Assembly (NCBI GenBank): GCA_016839555.1
Contig: JAEOUA010000004.1
Coordinates: 1-64,000 of the forward strand
Length of the DNA stretch: 64,000 bases
Direction: 5' to 3'
From: Promethearchaeota archaeon
Lineage (GTDB): Archaea; Asgardarchaeota; Lokiarchaeia; Sigyniarchaeales; SOKP01
Of this stretch, positions 39,201 to 49,264 are shown one piece after another. Under the pieces are notes generated by a model. That model was not told where the DNA came from and made no database searches. It saw only the letters and a program-made list of their open reading frames with translations. The position numbers and the translations under genes were made by a program. Position 1 is the stretch's first letter, and each line of letters opens with the position of its first letter.

Positions 39201-41893
39201 GATTAAATGTATCATATACTTTTAATTACTCTGATACCCTTTCCAATCCAATATCGAGAGCTAATTATTCAGTAATTGGTGATGATTATAATTTCAATTA
39301 TTTCTTACAAGATTTTGGAAATGGTACATATACAATGCATCTCGATACCGATAATGTGGTTGCGGGATTCACTTATCAATTTCAATTTAATGTATCAGCA
39401 ACTGGAAATGAAACCCAAATAATAACCTTAAATATCACAGTGACTATCACTCAAACAGCTATCGTGAATGTATCATTTAATGATACCATCGCCAGAAATT
39501 CTGGATTAAATCAAACCATTGAGTTTTACTTCAATGATACTACTAATAACCAACCAATAACAGGATTAACTAGTAATGATATTGTTGTATATGATAACTC
39601 GACGGGTTCAATTTGGGATACGAATGATTTTAATTGGACTTTGATTAATATTGCTGGAGCTGGGAATTATCGTTTAAATGTTAGTATGAATACTAAAAAT
39701 TCTGGATGGTATACTTTAAGGATTGAAGTGTCGAAATTACCAAACTATGATACGAGTATTGAGTATATTACCTTTTACTTGAGAGGAAATTATACTCTAA
39801 TAGGTATGCAGACCGTAGAGGGCCCACAAACCAATCCTCTAGGTCCAATAGACGGAAATTATACAATATATCTCGGAAGCGATATGTATGTAGAATTTAA
39901 TATCACGGATACAGAGAATAGCAATAAACTTGTAACTGGGCCGGTTCTCAATTATGAAATATGGTATATAAACTTGGATGACTCAAGCGATAATGGAACA
40001 ATTTCAGAATCACTTTATTTTGATTCTATTGTTGATAATAGATTTGAAGGATCTATTTCAATTTCCCAAATTACAAACAATGGTACATATCAAATAACAA
40101 TAACAGTTGTGAAATTAAATTACGAAAATAGTACATATAGCTTTAACCTTACAATAGTTAATAGGCTCAATGTAAATCTACAAGTAATAAATCCGCCCAG
40201 TCAAATAATAGCAGGAGAAACATTCAATTTAACTTTTTATACCACATTATATAATGGAACTAATTGGATTCCGATTGAGAATGCGAGTATTTCAGTTATT
40301 ACCTATATTAATGGTCTATACTTTGACACTTTTCCAGGTACAACTAACAGCTCTGGATACGTGGTAATTCAGATGACTATTCCAAATACTGCAAAAACCA
40401 TGAATTTAACAGTTCAATTAACCGGAGATTATTATCATAAAGATACATCAATTATCATCGATTATATATCAGTAAAGTCAACAATTGCTCCTATTTTCCC
40501 TCCTGGTGAAGAAGGATTTACTTTGGAAGATATACTCCTTTACTTAATAATCGGGATTGTTGGAATCGTTGTCATTATATCTGCGGTTGCAGTGCATAGA
40601 AAAGTTATTGTACCAAAAAAGGAAGCGAAACAAAAGATTCTAAAAGAAGTTAAAACCATATTTGACGATGCGATTAATTTAGAACATCTTTTAGTATTAT
40701 ATAAAGGTATGGGGGCATGTATCTTTTTCAAATCGTTTGCTTCAGAAAAGATTGATCCCGATTTAATTAGTGGATTTATCTCCGCTGTTTCTTCATTTGG
40801 AAAAGAAATCGAATCACAAAAAGCATTAAATGAGATGAAGTACGGCGATAAAACATTACTTCTTTCTGATGGAGAATATATTAGAGTAGCATTAGTTTTA
40901 GATAAAAAAGCATCCTTACCTTTAAGAAGAAATCTTAGAGAATTCGTTATAGAGTTTGAGGAGAAATATGGAGATCAATGTGAAGAATGGAGAGGAAAAC
41001 TAGATGTATTTAAAGGTGCTGAGCCTTTAGTAGATAAACACTTTAATACCTCAATAATTCTCCCCCACAGAATTTACTATAAACCTGCAGTTGTAAAAAG
41101 TCTTAAAAATACACATAGCAAGGATATTTTAAAAATTACAGAAAAATTACTAAAAGAAACCGGAAGAGAGTTCTTTTTCATTTCAAAATTACTTGATAAG
41201 ACAAAACAAGAAAGTAATAAAGATATTGCAGAAATTTTCATGGGAATTAAAGATTTGAGGGAGCGGGGATTACTTGCTCCCATAGATATCAGTAAACTTG
41301 AAGAAATACCAATATCTCCAGAAGAACGAAGAGAAATTGAGCAAAAAGTATATCAATTTTTAAAGCTTCCTGAAGCACAAAAACAAGAAATTATCGAGCA
41401 GCTATTAAAAACAAGTCCAGAAGAAAGGCGAGCTTATATCGCCAGTTTAGAAAAACAAGAAGAGATTATATCCGCTCCAGTGAAATCGAAAATAGGTGAA
41501 AAGGTGATTGAAAATAAAAAAGAAGCCAAAAATGAGCTAAAAAAGCTTAGGAAAAGAGCAGATAAAGAGAGAGCAATTCATAATTATCAAAAAGCGATTG
41601 ATATATATGAACAGGCAGCAATTATTGCTAATAATTGGGATATGAAAGATTTATTTGCAGAATATCAAGAAGAAATACGGCTTACACAAATAGGCGAAAA
41701 TGAGCTTAATATGAAAGAACATGTACAAAAAGCTGAAAAATTTGAAAAACGGGAAGATTATAAAAATGCAGCTGAAGAATATGAGCAAGCATCGAAATTT
41801 GCTTCACAAATATTTAAGTTGGGAGAAAATAAAATGCAAGATTTAGTGAAAGAATATACTAGAAAAGCAAAGAAATTTCAAAAAATGAGTTAA
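36230..41893 (+). CDS. Giant cell-surface glycoprotein: Ig-like repeats, single TM, cytoplasmic longin-like and helical (TPR/MIT-like) domains
   Basis: 1887 aa; N-terminal signal or anchor; about 8 repeats of ~100 aa with YND..I.NA / G.YNI / NASK motifs and very dense N-x-S/T sequons; TM at about 40532-40594; IDPDLISGFISAVSSFGKEI longin helix. Confidence 0.85.
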   Translation: MIKFTIKKRKTKRCIFLIILTFGLLFSGFLDLIANPNLLQSNNSNLYYYNNFPTSLPHSSNGYSTSFNNTGNPLNITLHQSKIEMGTPLFEILNTSDSSNSTISTSTPSDTLFNSTTSQIFIENITAPDKILQLENDTDHYSDLSTARLFSFEIPINCTLDSVTIYLNNTSSVNPTAVGIFLWGSQSGLPYNYITQLGTSKTIPADGEGYYTYNNLNILLNDTDTTNKIFFIRVIDTGIGSARIFGKNDGADGDPDDSDVYYYLVDHYESIAIDYFANITLKANSNPSRPSDIGLKINGTLVDNGGASGTGNLTILKEYSTLPDQIEYNITADWWDVSCNITKIIVNYTRSDLTAITEYSISGSNQTVQWNATLGNFNNFDIAFNNYWINYTVPESWLNFNAYNASNSIPSENITVGSPSNGYKEVQIYPAGNSTNWYISAESPNLVNDILVFLAGETNEIYSVNHSDTIDINVTFSDTIWNGNITLNIYSPSDTGNYLNHTYSLNTSSLSPNTEFYLNNWTIDNIKDYGIFKVQVDWTNGTDAGFVEINLTINAVTDLIVQGPSTTIYDAGDIFDVQVLYNDTGQGLDIDNANISYKINTGSYRPIDQNVTKLGSGLYNISVDCNDTDLIYGQNTITINASKQYYNEATTSFNFTVFAETALSIKYPPLDSFYNSSDTFEVRVFFNDTIKDAGIDNAIINYSLDGGSSYRGDNVENFHNGYYNITVNCNDTQFNDYGDITLIVNASKAYHHNQSQQVNISVKGETLLTIISPSPLDSFNSGDTFNITVQYNDTSRNQGISGASFTVKVNGTAYTEVIYHDLLNGTYDITLNASDNEFFPYGIVTIELNFSKDVYYSSNNSVQVQIIGESTFDRLSPEMYAIYLSGEQFNIILQYNDSVRNIGIDDATIEYTLNGTGYKSINWAYEGNGIYNITIDVDDSDFGSTYGYRNIIVNVSRAFYVNHSLTYTFHRQIPTSIDPSNFQDLGSVLRGLNVSYTFNYSDTLSNPISRANYSVIGDDYNFNYFLQDFGNGTYTMHLDTDNVVAGFTYQFQFNVSATGNETQIITLNITVTITQTAIVNVSFNDTIARNSGLNQTIEFYFNDTTNNQPITGLTSNDIVVYDNSTGSIWDTNDFNWTLINIAGAGNYRLNVSMNTKNSGWYTLRIEVSKLPNYDTSIEYITFYLRGNYTLIGMQTVEGPQTNPLGPIDGNYTIYLGSDMYVEFNITDTENSNKLVTGPVLNYEIWYINLDDSSDNGTISESLYFDSIVDNRFEGSISISQITNNGTYQITITVVKLNYENSTYSFNLTIVNRLNVNLQVINPPSQIIAGETFNLTFYTTLYNGTNWIPIENASISVITYINGLYFDTFPGTTNSSGYVVIQMTIPNTAKTMNLTVQLTGDYYHKDTSIIIDYISVKSTIAPIFPPGEEGFTLEDILLYLIIGIVGIVVIISAVAVHRKVIVPKKEAKQKILKEVKTIFDDAINLEHLLVLYKGMGACIFFKSFASEKIDPDLISGFISAVSSFGKEIESQKALNEMKYGDKTLLLSDGEYIRVALVLDKKASLPLRRNLREFVIEFEEKYGDQCEEWRGKLDVFKGAEPLVDKHFNTSIILPHRIYYKPAVVKSLKNTHSKDILKITEKLLKETGREFFFISKLLDKTKQESNKDIAEIFMGIKDLRERGLLAPIDISKLEEIPISPEERREIEQKVYQFLKLPEAQKQEIIEQLLKTSPEERRAYIASLEKQEEIISAPVKSKIGEKVIENKKEAKNELKKLRKRADKERAIHNYQKAIDIYEQAAIIANNWDMKDLFAEYQEEIRLTQIGENELNMKEHVQKAEKFEKREDYKNAAEEYEQASKFASQIFKLGENKMQDLVKEYTRKAKKFQKMS

Positions 41894-42040
41894 ATTTTTA
41901 TTTTATTTTTTTAAAATTTTTTTATATTTTAAATTATAATCTATATCAAATTCACAGTTTAATTCTAGAATCAATTCAAATCTAGTTTTTTTTATTTTTT
42001 AAGTTTCTCTAAAAATGTATTTTAAAAAAATAATAGATTA

Positions 42041-43336
42041 TTAGTCCGAAATACCATCCTCTGTTATTGAAAATACCGCTTCTGCAACGGGTAAATGGGG
42101 TGCATCAACCACCTTAGCTACGCGCTGTTCTCCTTTGCCTTTTCGCAGATAAATCCGAATTGTAGAGCCGTGAGCGATTATATTACCTCCTGTAGCTTGA
42201 ATTGGATTGCCATAAAATACATTTGGTTTCGCTTGGACTTGATTAGTGACACATATACTTAAATCTGGATAGATATCCGTGAGTCTTAGTAAATCATGTA
42301 AATGTTGATTAATACGCTGTTGACGATCTGCCAAAGTTCCCCTTCCTATATATTCCGATCGAAAGTGTCCGATTAACGAATCAACCACGATCAATTTGAT
42401 ATTTTTTTCTTTGATTATATTTGTTGCTTCTTTTACAAGAAGGATTTGATGATCTGAATTGTAGGCTCTTCCATATATAATATTTTTAAGAACTTTTTTA
42501 TGGTCTAAATCTAGGGCTTCAGACATTTGAATTATTCTTTCTGGTCGAAAAGTTCCTTCTGTATCAATATATAATGCGGCTCCCTCAATTCCTCCTTTTT
42601 CTTTTGGTAATTGGACATTCACACATAATTGATGCATTATTTGCGTTTTTCCTGTTCTAAATTCTCCAAAAAATTCTAATACCGCTCCGGTTTCTATTCC
42701 CCCTAATAATAAATTATCCAATTCTTGGCTTCCTGAGGTTATTCGACTTATATTTTTTCTATGATTCCATACTTCTTTAGCAGATTTAAATCCGATATTT
42801 AATTTTTTCATCGCAGATTGAATAATTTTCGCAGTGGTTTTTTCACCTAGTCCACTATCCTCTTGAATAATAGAAGGAGGTGTAAATGCTATTGATTCAA
42901 GGCTTGAAAATCCAGCCTCCACTAATTTTACAAGAGTTGCTTCCCCAACCCCAGGGAGAGTCTTTACTCTTTCGATACATTCTTGCATTGTAAGATCTTT
43001 TTCTTTTGTATCTTCTTTTTCTGAATCTTTTTCCTCTAAAAATTCTTCATCTTCTAACTCTTCGTTTTCTTCTAACTCTTCGAATTCTTCTTCATCTTTG
43101 AAATCTTCTTCATCTTTGAAATCCTCTTCATCTTCTAAACCCTCTTCATCCTCGAAATCTTCTTTTTCCACTAAATTTTCTTCGCTTTCGGGATCCTCTT
43201 CATCAATAATTTCTTGAGCATACTTAAGATGTTCTTTATAAATCTTTCCCTTCACATGAGTTCGCTCACACTCTGAGCAATAATATGGATCTCCCATCTT
43301 AAAACCTTCATCGCCATTCTTTTCAGCAATAGTCAA
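42041..43336 (-). CDS. radA: DNA repair and recombination protein RadA with extra N-terminal Zn-finger and acidic region
   Basis: HhH LPGVG, FKSA polymerisation motif, GEFRTGKTQ Walker [34 protein letters not shown]. Confidence 0.95.
   Translation of the reverse strand: MTIAEKNGDEGFKMGDPYYCSECERTHVKGKIYKEHLKYAQEIIDEEDPESEENLVEKEDFEDEEGLEDEEDFKDEEDFKDEEEFEELEENEELEDEEFLEEKDSEKEDTKEKDLTMQECIERVKTLPGVGEATLVKLVEAGFSSLESIAFTPPSIIQEDSGLGEKTTAKIIQSAMKKLNIGFKSAKEVWNHRKNISRITSGSQELDNLLLGGIETGAVLEFFGEFRTGKTQIMHQLCVNVQLPKEKGGIEGAALYIDTEGTFRPERIIQMSEALDLDHKKVLKNIIYGRAYNSDHQILLVKEATNIIKEKNIKLIVVDSLIGHFRSEYIGRGTLADRQQRINQHLHDLLRLTDIYPDLSICVTNQVQAKPNVFYGNPIQATGGNIIAHGSTIRIYLRKGKGEQRVAKVVDAPHLPVAEAVFSITEDGISD
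43037..43162 (-). repeat. Degenerate 18-bp tandem repeat encoding acidic hexapeptides in the RadA N-terminus
   Basis: [42 protein letters not shown]; tcttcatctttgaaatc repeated on the + strand. Confidence 0.8.
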
Positions 43337-43641
43337 TAATTATCACTTATTTTTAGTGTGATTTTTATAGTTTTTTCTAAATATATTAAAGCGATATGTA
43401 TTTTAAAATAAAATACACTAATTATTTTCTAATTTATTAATTAATGAATAACTTAATTAACCCCAATTTTTCTAAAAAATTAAATTACTTTTAACTATTT
43501 TATTATTAAATAACCCTATTTCCCATATTTTTCTAAAATTTCGTCCTGAGTGGTTAAACTATTCGATTACATCTTTTTATGAAGATTTGTATTCTAAAGA
43601 AAAAGAAAATAATTATAAGATACTAATTATAAGTAATAATT

Positions 43642-44895
43642 ATGCCTCAAACTAATTCATTAGATTCGTTTGAATTAGAATATTATCCAAAAGTCTCTGA
43701 AAATCTTATAAGAAAAAGTATAAAATTTATTAATGAAAAAAAGGAAAAGTGGCAAGATCCTTTTTTCACAGACACAAAATCTTACTTAAACTTAAATGAA
43801 ATTAGAAAGGTTTCATCTAAATACTTAACTCCAGAGATTCAAAATGTGATAATTCTTGCTACAGGCGGCTCAATTCAAACACTTTTTGCTTTAAAGCATT
43901 TATCAAAAAAAAATATCATTCCAATAATGAGTGCAAGGTCTATAGAATTAAAAAATTGTCTAGAAAATACCAACTCTCAAAATAGTATTGTGATTCCTAT
44001 TTCTCGAAGCGGCGAAACACTCGATGTTAATTCTACCATTGGTACTTTTGTAGAACATAATTATCCTTTTTTAGGACTTTCTTCTCGTGGAAGAATGAGA
44101 GAATTATTAGAAGAAATTAATGCACCCATTTTGGAGGTTCCCGATCTATCAGGTCGCTTTGCTGCCTCTATTACGAATGTCGCTATACTCCCTGCTTATA
44201 TTTCTGGGATTGAAATATATAATTTTTTAGAAGGATTAAAAATAGGCTATAATATCTTTATGAATACTCAAAACAATTCCTCTTTAGAATTTGCCTCTTA
44301 TTTGTATAATTTACATAAAAAAGGATACAAAATAATTTTTTCAATGCCCTATTCTAAAAATCTTGACGGGAGCATTGGTTTATTTGTTCAAGAAATTTCT
44401 GAAAGCACCGGAAAGGTGGGAAGAGGCTTAATGGGAGCATATCAAGAAGCTCCACTCTGTCAACATTCTGTCCTAGAATTCTTATTGGGAGGAACTAAAG
44501 GCATAGTAATACCAATAATTTTTATAGTGAATGAAGAATTTCCTGATCTTAAATTAAACTCATCAATTACATATCTTAATGGAAAAAATGCAAATAAAGT
44601 TATAAATTATCAAGCAGATGCTACATTTCAAGCACTAATCAAGCAAGAAGTTCCGACAGCTAAAATATCTATTCAAACACCTGATGAAAAAAATATTGGG
44701 ATTTTAATAGCGTTTATTCAATCTTGCATTTATTATCTATGTTTATTGCTTGATGTAAACTGGGCAAATAATCCAATGGTAAATATTGGTAAAGAAATTT
44801 GCAATGAAGCTCTTAAAAATGAGTTTACGTTTTTAAAAATGAAAGAATCAAGAAATAAATTAGCTAAAGAGAAGTATAAGAATTTTTTTGATTAA
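43642..44895 (+). CDS. Glucose-6-phosphate isomerase-like SIS-domain protein (divergent)
   Basis: ATGGS, ISRSGETLD, SGRF, QEISESTGK, QHS..E, NPMVNIGK. Confidence 0.75.
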   Translation: MPQTNSLDSFELEYYPKVSENLIRKSIKFINEKKEKWQDPFFTDTKSYLNLNEIRKVSSKYLTPEIQNVIILATGGSIQTLFALKHLSKKNIIPIMSARSIELKNCLENTNSQNSIVIPISRSGETLDVNSTIGTFVEHNYPFLGLSSRGRMRELLEEINAPILEVPDLSGRFAASITNVAILPAYISGIEIYNFLEGLKIGYNIFMNTQNNSSLEFASYLYNLHKKGYKIIFSMPYSKNLDGSIGLFVQEISESTGKVGRGLMGAYQEAPLCQHSVLEFLLGGTKGIVIPIIFIVNEEFPDLKLNSSITYLNGKNANKVINYQADATFQALIKQEVPTAKISIQTPDEKNIGILIAFIQSCIYYLCLLLDVNWANNPMVNIGKEICNEALKNEFTFLKMKESRNKLAKEKYKNFFD

Positions 44896-44898
44896 TGA

Positions 44899-46368
44899 TT
44901 AATTTTGCATTAATTTTTTATTTATAAAGGCATCATATAATACATTTACCGCTCTCACACAATCTTCCCTCTTAATAATAATGGTAATATTTAGCTCAGA
45001 ACTTCCTTGTGCTATTGCCCTTACATTAATTCCATTATTACCTAAAGTTGTGAATACTTTTCCAGCAATTCCTGGGGTATGAAGCATTCCAGCACCAATA
45101 ACTGCGATTAGGGAAATATCATTATCTATCTTGATAGAAAACCATTGTTTACCAAACCAATCGGAATTTCTAAGAAGACAACTAACTTTCATAGAATCTT
45201 CCAAATCTATTCCAAATGTAATATTATTTTCTGAGGAACTTTGTGAAATAAATTTTATATTTATGTTATTTTCTCCTAAAAGATTAAAAAGTTTTGCTGC
45301 GGTTCCTGGTAGAGAAACCATCGTTCCGCTTTCAATTTTAACCATTGATAATCTTTTAATTGAAGTTATAGCTTTTATCAAAGTGGCTCCTTTTTGTACT
45401 TCCTTAGTAATTGTAGTATATTTTTCCGAATAAGGATCAGCAAAGGGGTGTATTTCTGAGGGCACATTCCTTTTTTCATTTACATCCAAACATAATGGAT
45501 GAAGTACTTTCGATCCAAAAAAGGCTAATTCTTTTGCTTCTATGTAAGAAATTTGAGTAAGAAGTGAGGTCTGTTGAGCAATTTTAGGATCAGCGTTTAA
45601 AAATCCTTCAACATCTTTCCAATATATTACTTTACAGTCAAAATTAGGTTCTAATCCATAAGCCAATATTGCCGCTGTTAAATCAGTCCCACCCCGACCA
45701 AGGGTTGTGATTTTTTTATCTCTCGTGGAACCATAAAAACCAGTAACACATACCAAATCACATTTATTAGATTTGATGAGATTAGATATTCGTTGCTGAA
45801 TTTTTTGTTCTGTTTCATCTAATAATGGTAAAGCCCTTCCGAAATTATCATCAGTGAGTATTATTTCATCTGAAGAGATAAATTCTGAATTTAAACCTAT
45901 GGAATTGAAATATTTAGATACAATAAAAGTGCTGAGCTTTTCTCCATAGCTCATGATAAGATCTAATATATCTAAACTGGGGCGTAATAATCTAACAACT
46001 CTACCTAATTGCACAAGTTCATTAATATTTGATTCTAAAAAGTCTATAACATCTTGATATTCCACAGATTCTTTATTTATGTTCTCATCAATGAATTCTT
46101 TATGTTTTTTTCTTATAGATTCAATTAGATAACGACATTCACGGTAATTCTCATTATCTTTTTCTCCATCTCCACACGATTTATTATAAAAGTTGATCAG
46201 CTGGTCTGTAATCCCCTTGAATGCGGAGGTAACAATAATTATATTTGCTTGTTTCATATATTTTTTAACAATTTCGGTGGTCTGGGAAAAAGATTCCACG
46301 TTTTTCAGACAAGACCCACCGAATTTCATAATGATAATCTTTTGTTTCTTTTTCATCAATCTGATCAC
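44899..46368 (-). CDS. lysC: Aspartate kinase with two ACT domains
   Basis: MKFGGS, SAFKGITD, GEKLS, TTLGRGGTD, DVEG..ADP, SYIEAKELAFFGSKVLHP, QGSSE. Confidence 0.95.
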   Translation of the reverse strand: MIRLMKKKQKIIIMKFGGSCLKNVESFSQTTEIVKKYMKQANIIIVTSAFKGITDQLINFYNKSCGDGEKDNENYRECRYLIESIRKKHKEFIDENINKESVEYQDVIDFLESNINELVQLGRVVRLLRPSLDILDLIMSYGEKLSTFIVSKYFNSIGLNSEFISSDEIILTDDNFGRALPLLDETEQKIQQRISNLIKSNKCDLVCVTGFYGSTRDKKITTLGRGGTDLTAAILAYGLEPNFDCKVIYWKDVEGFLNADPKIAQQTSLLTQISYIEAKELAFFGSKVLHPLCLDVNEKRNVPSEIHPFADPYSEKYTTITKEVQKGATLIKAITSIKRLSMVKIESGTMVSLPGTAAKLFNLLGENNINIKFISQSSSENNITFGIDLEDSMKVSCLLRNSDWFGKQWFSIKIDNDISLIAVIGAGMLHTPGIAGKVFTTLGNNGINVRAIAQGSSELNITIIIKREDCVRAVNVLYDAFINKKLMQN

Positions 46369-46553
46369 TAATGAACTTTTATTTTTCTATCTTATTATCA
46401 TAAAATTAAACAATTTTAAGATTTTTACTAAAATAATCATCAGATTATGAAAATACAGATTAGTTTGGTTTTCTCCTTATGAATAAAATAAATCGAATTA
46501 TAAAATTTGAATATTCTATATTTGAAAAATAAGATCTTTTTCAGAATTATAGT

Positions 46554-47015
46554 TTAACTATATTTTTGTATTATAATATCTGATTCTTTTAACAAATTTT
46601 CTTTTATTTTATTTTCCATATTATACCCTTCTTTATAAACAAGTCGTTTAATCCCCGCATTTATTAACACTTTTAAGCAACTCATACAAGGAAAAGTTGT
46701 AGAATATAAAGTGGTATAACCTTTTAATGATGTTCCATGTAGAGCGGCTTGAATTATGCAATTTAATTCAGCGTGGACTCCTCGACAGAGTTCTGGTTTT
46801 TCTCCGGGTTTTAAGTTTGTTCTAACACACGTTTTTTTAGTGCAATGCTTAAATCCCGATGGGGCGCCATTATAACCTGTTGATATTATATGTGAATCTT
46901 TAACTAATACGGCCCCCACTTTTCTTTTAATACAAGTGGATCTCTGAGATACCACTTGTGCAATACTCATAAAATATTCATCCTTAGAGATTCTTTTTGT
47001 ACTTTTTTGGTCCAT
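46554..47015 (-). CDS. dCMP deaminase
   Basis: RSTC..RKVGAV, TGYNGAP, HAE.N, PCMSC Zn motif. Confidence 0.93.
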   Translation of the reverse strand: MDQKSTKRISKDEYFMSIAQVVSQRSTCIKRKVGAVLVKDSHIISTGYNGAPSGFKHCTKKTCVRTNLKPGEKPELCRGVHAELNCIIQAALHGTSLKGYTTLYSTTFPCMSCLKVLINAGIKRLVYKEGYNMENKIKENLLKESDIIIQKYS

Positions 47016-47202
47016 TTTTAAAACATTATTTTTATTTTTTATAATTATGAATAGAAATAATATTTTTATACTCTTCTATTTGTTTAATGATATAAAATCC
47101 TCAGAATTTTTACTGGCAAGTTCCACCACATAAAAATAAATAAAAGCAGTATGATTTTATATATCAAATATAAAATATTCAAAAATTTTAATAATAATTT
47201 AA

Positions 47203-47796
47203 ATGCTGAGAGCAACTCGTGGATTTGGCATATTAGAAAACTTTTTGTCTATTCAGAGGATGAAATTAGCTCAAAAATTTATCAAAAAGTATAATAAGAA
47301 CGGCAAGATTTTAGATATTGGATGCGGGGCTTATCCTTTATTTCTCATTAATTCTGACTTTCAAGAAAAAGTGGGTATTGATCAAATAATTACTCCAATT
47401 AAGATTAAGAATTTAAATCTCTCACTGAATAATTATGATTTAACTGAAAAAAATGCGCTTTCCTTTCAAAAAAATACATTTGAGACCATTACAATGTTGG
47501 CATTTATTGAACATATTGATCCCAAGAAAGTAGACTCTTTGTTTAAGAATTGTTATAACTTATTAAAAAAAGGAGGGATTTTATTCTTAACAACTCCAGC
47601 TAAATGGAGTCATTTACCATTAAAAATAATGTCAAAATTTCGTTTAGTAAGTCCAGATGAGATTAAAGAACATAAATACGCTTATTATCTTCAAGAACTC
47701 GTGAATAAACTAAAGAAATCAGGATTTAAGCAGGAAAATATAGAAAAAGGCTATTTTGAATTTTTTCTTAATTTATGGATATGTGCTAAAAAATAA
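47203..47796 (+). CDS. Class I SAM-dependent methyltransferase
   Basis: ILDIGCG, IEHI, LKKGGILFLTTP. Confidence 0.9.
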   Translation: MLRATRGFGILENFLSIQRMKLAQKFIKKYNKNGKILDIGCGAYPLFLINSDFQEKVGIDQIITPIKIKNLNLSLNNYDLTEKNALSFQKNTFETITMLAFIEHIDPKKVDSLFKNCYNLLKKGGILFLTTPAKWSHLPLKIMSKFRLVSPDEIKEHKYAYYLQELVNKLKKSGFKQENIEKGYFEFFLNLWICAKK

Positions 47797-47965
47797 AATT
47801 CAATAAATCCAACTTTTTATGAATATGATAGTTTTTATGGAGAATATGAGTTTTTAAATATAAAAATTTTGAAAATTAGATATCTCTTCCTTTTTATAAG
47901 TGATTTTGTAATAATCTAATTATTTAAACTCATATAAAAAATTTTTTTTCCTTTATTGATTAAAC

Positions 47966-49255
47966 ATGCCCTCTACCTTAGAGAAAATAAAGATACTCGG
48001 AGCAAACTCAAAATACGATATCTGCGCTAGTACAGCCTCAAGCCGGACGGAAAAATACCCACAATTGTTTGGAGATTCTAATTATTGGATCGGAGCGACT
48101 GAAAGAGCTGGAATTTGTCATAGTTATACGCCTGATGGTAAATGTATGAGCTTATTTAAAACTCTCTATACTAATAATTGTATTTATAACTGTAAATATT
48201 GTTTTTCCAATAATTGTAAAAAAAGAGTAAGTTTTACTCCAGAAGAATATGCTAAAACATTTATAAAGCTATATTCGATGAATGTGGTTGAGGGAATTTT
48301 TATTTCATCCGGCGTTTGTGGAAGTGCAGATACTACAACAGAAAAGATGTTAGATGCTATAAAATTGATTAGATTGAAATATCATTTTCAAGGCTATATT
48401 CACTTTAAATGCCTACCTGGCGTAAGCCAATATCTTATTAAAGAAGCTATAAGACTTTCTGACCGTATTTCTATTAATACAGAGGCTTCTACTAAAGATT
48501 ATTTGGCTGAAATTGCAGAACAAAAAGATTTTAAAAATGATATTGAAATGCGTCAAAGATGGATCAAAAAAATAAGAATTCGCCATAATGAGCAAGCTCT
48601 AAAAAAATTACAGGATATAAAAGATGATAAAGATATTGAAGTCCAGAGAAAAATGATTAATGGAAGGCGAGAAGATGGATATAAGAAATTTCGCTGGGAT
48701 GGTGCACCCATACTAAATGGAGGTCAAACCACTCAATTTGTTGTAGGAGCAGCCGACAATGAAACTGATTTAGATTTATTGAAGAGAATAGATTGGCAAT
48801 ATAAAAATGTAGATCTTCGGAGAGCATATTTTTCTTCTTTTATTCCGATTAAGGGAACACCATTAGCTTATAAAAAAAGAGCTCCTTTAGAAAGGGAGCA
48901 TCAACTATATCAAAGTGACTGGCTCCTTCGCATTTATCAATATCAGCTAAAAGATTTAAAAGAAATTATTAATGAAGATGGAAATTTACCGAAGGGTGAT
49001 CCTAAAATTCATTTTGCACGCCATTATTTCAACGACCATAGCTTAGTGGATCCAAATCAAGCTTCCTATAAAGAATTACTTCGTGTACCTGGTATTGGTT
49101 CTATTTCTGCGAAACGAATAATCAATTTAAGGACACAAAAATTTAAATTTAACAGACGTCAAGATTTAAAAGCAGTAGGTGTGGTATTAAAAAGAGCAGA
49201 TCCTTTTCTTTCTATAAATGGTCAAAAACAAGCAACAATTACAAGTTTTGTTTAG
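47966..49255 (+). CDS. Putative DNA modification/repair radical SAM protein (TIGR03916-like) with C-terminal HhH
   Basis: KYDICAS, GICHSYTPDGKCMSLFKTL.TN.C.YNCKYC, GYIHFK, RE..LYQSDWLLR.Y, LLRVPGIG. Confidence 0.9.
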   Translation: MPSTLEKIKILGANSKYDICASTASSRTEKYPQLFGDSNYWIGATERAGICHSYTPDGKCMSLFKTLYTNNCIYNCKYCFSNNCKKRVSFTPEEYAKTFIKLYSMNVVEGIFISSGVCGSADTTTEKMLDAIKLIRLKYHFQGYIHFKCLPGVSQYLIKEAIRLSDRISINTEASTKDYLAEIAEQKDFKNDIEMRQRWIKKIRIRHNEQALKKLQDIKDDKDIEVQRKMINGRREDGYKKFRWDGAPILNGGQTTQFVVGAADNETDLDLLKRIDWQYKNVDLRRAYFSSFIPIKGTPLAYKKRAPLEREHQLYQSDWLLRIYQYQLKDLKEIINEDGNLPKGDPKIHFARHYFNDHSLVDPNQASYKELLRVPGIGSISAKRIINLRTQKFKFNRRQDLKAVGVVLKRADPFLSINGQKQATITSFV

Positions 49256-49264
49256 AGGTTTAAA

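Noticed and set aside
43037-43162. Short repeats as a possible CRISPR array
   Set aside because: They are in-frame 18-bp coding repeats with no unique spacers and no cas genes nearby.
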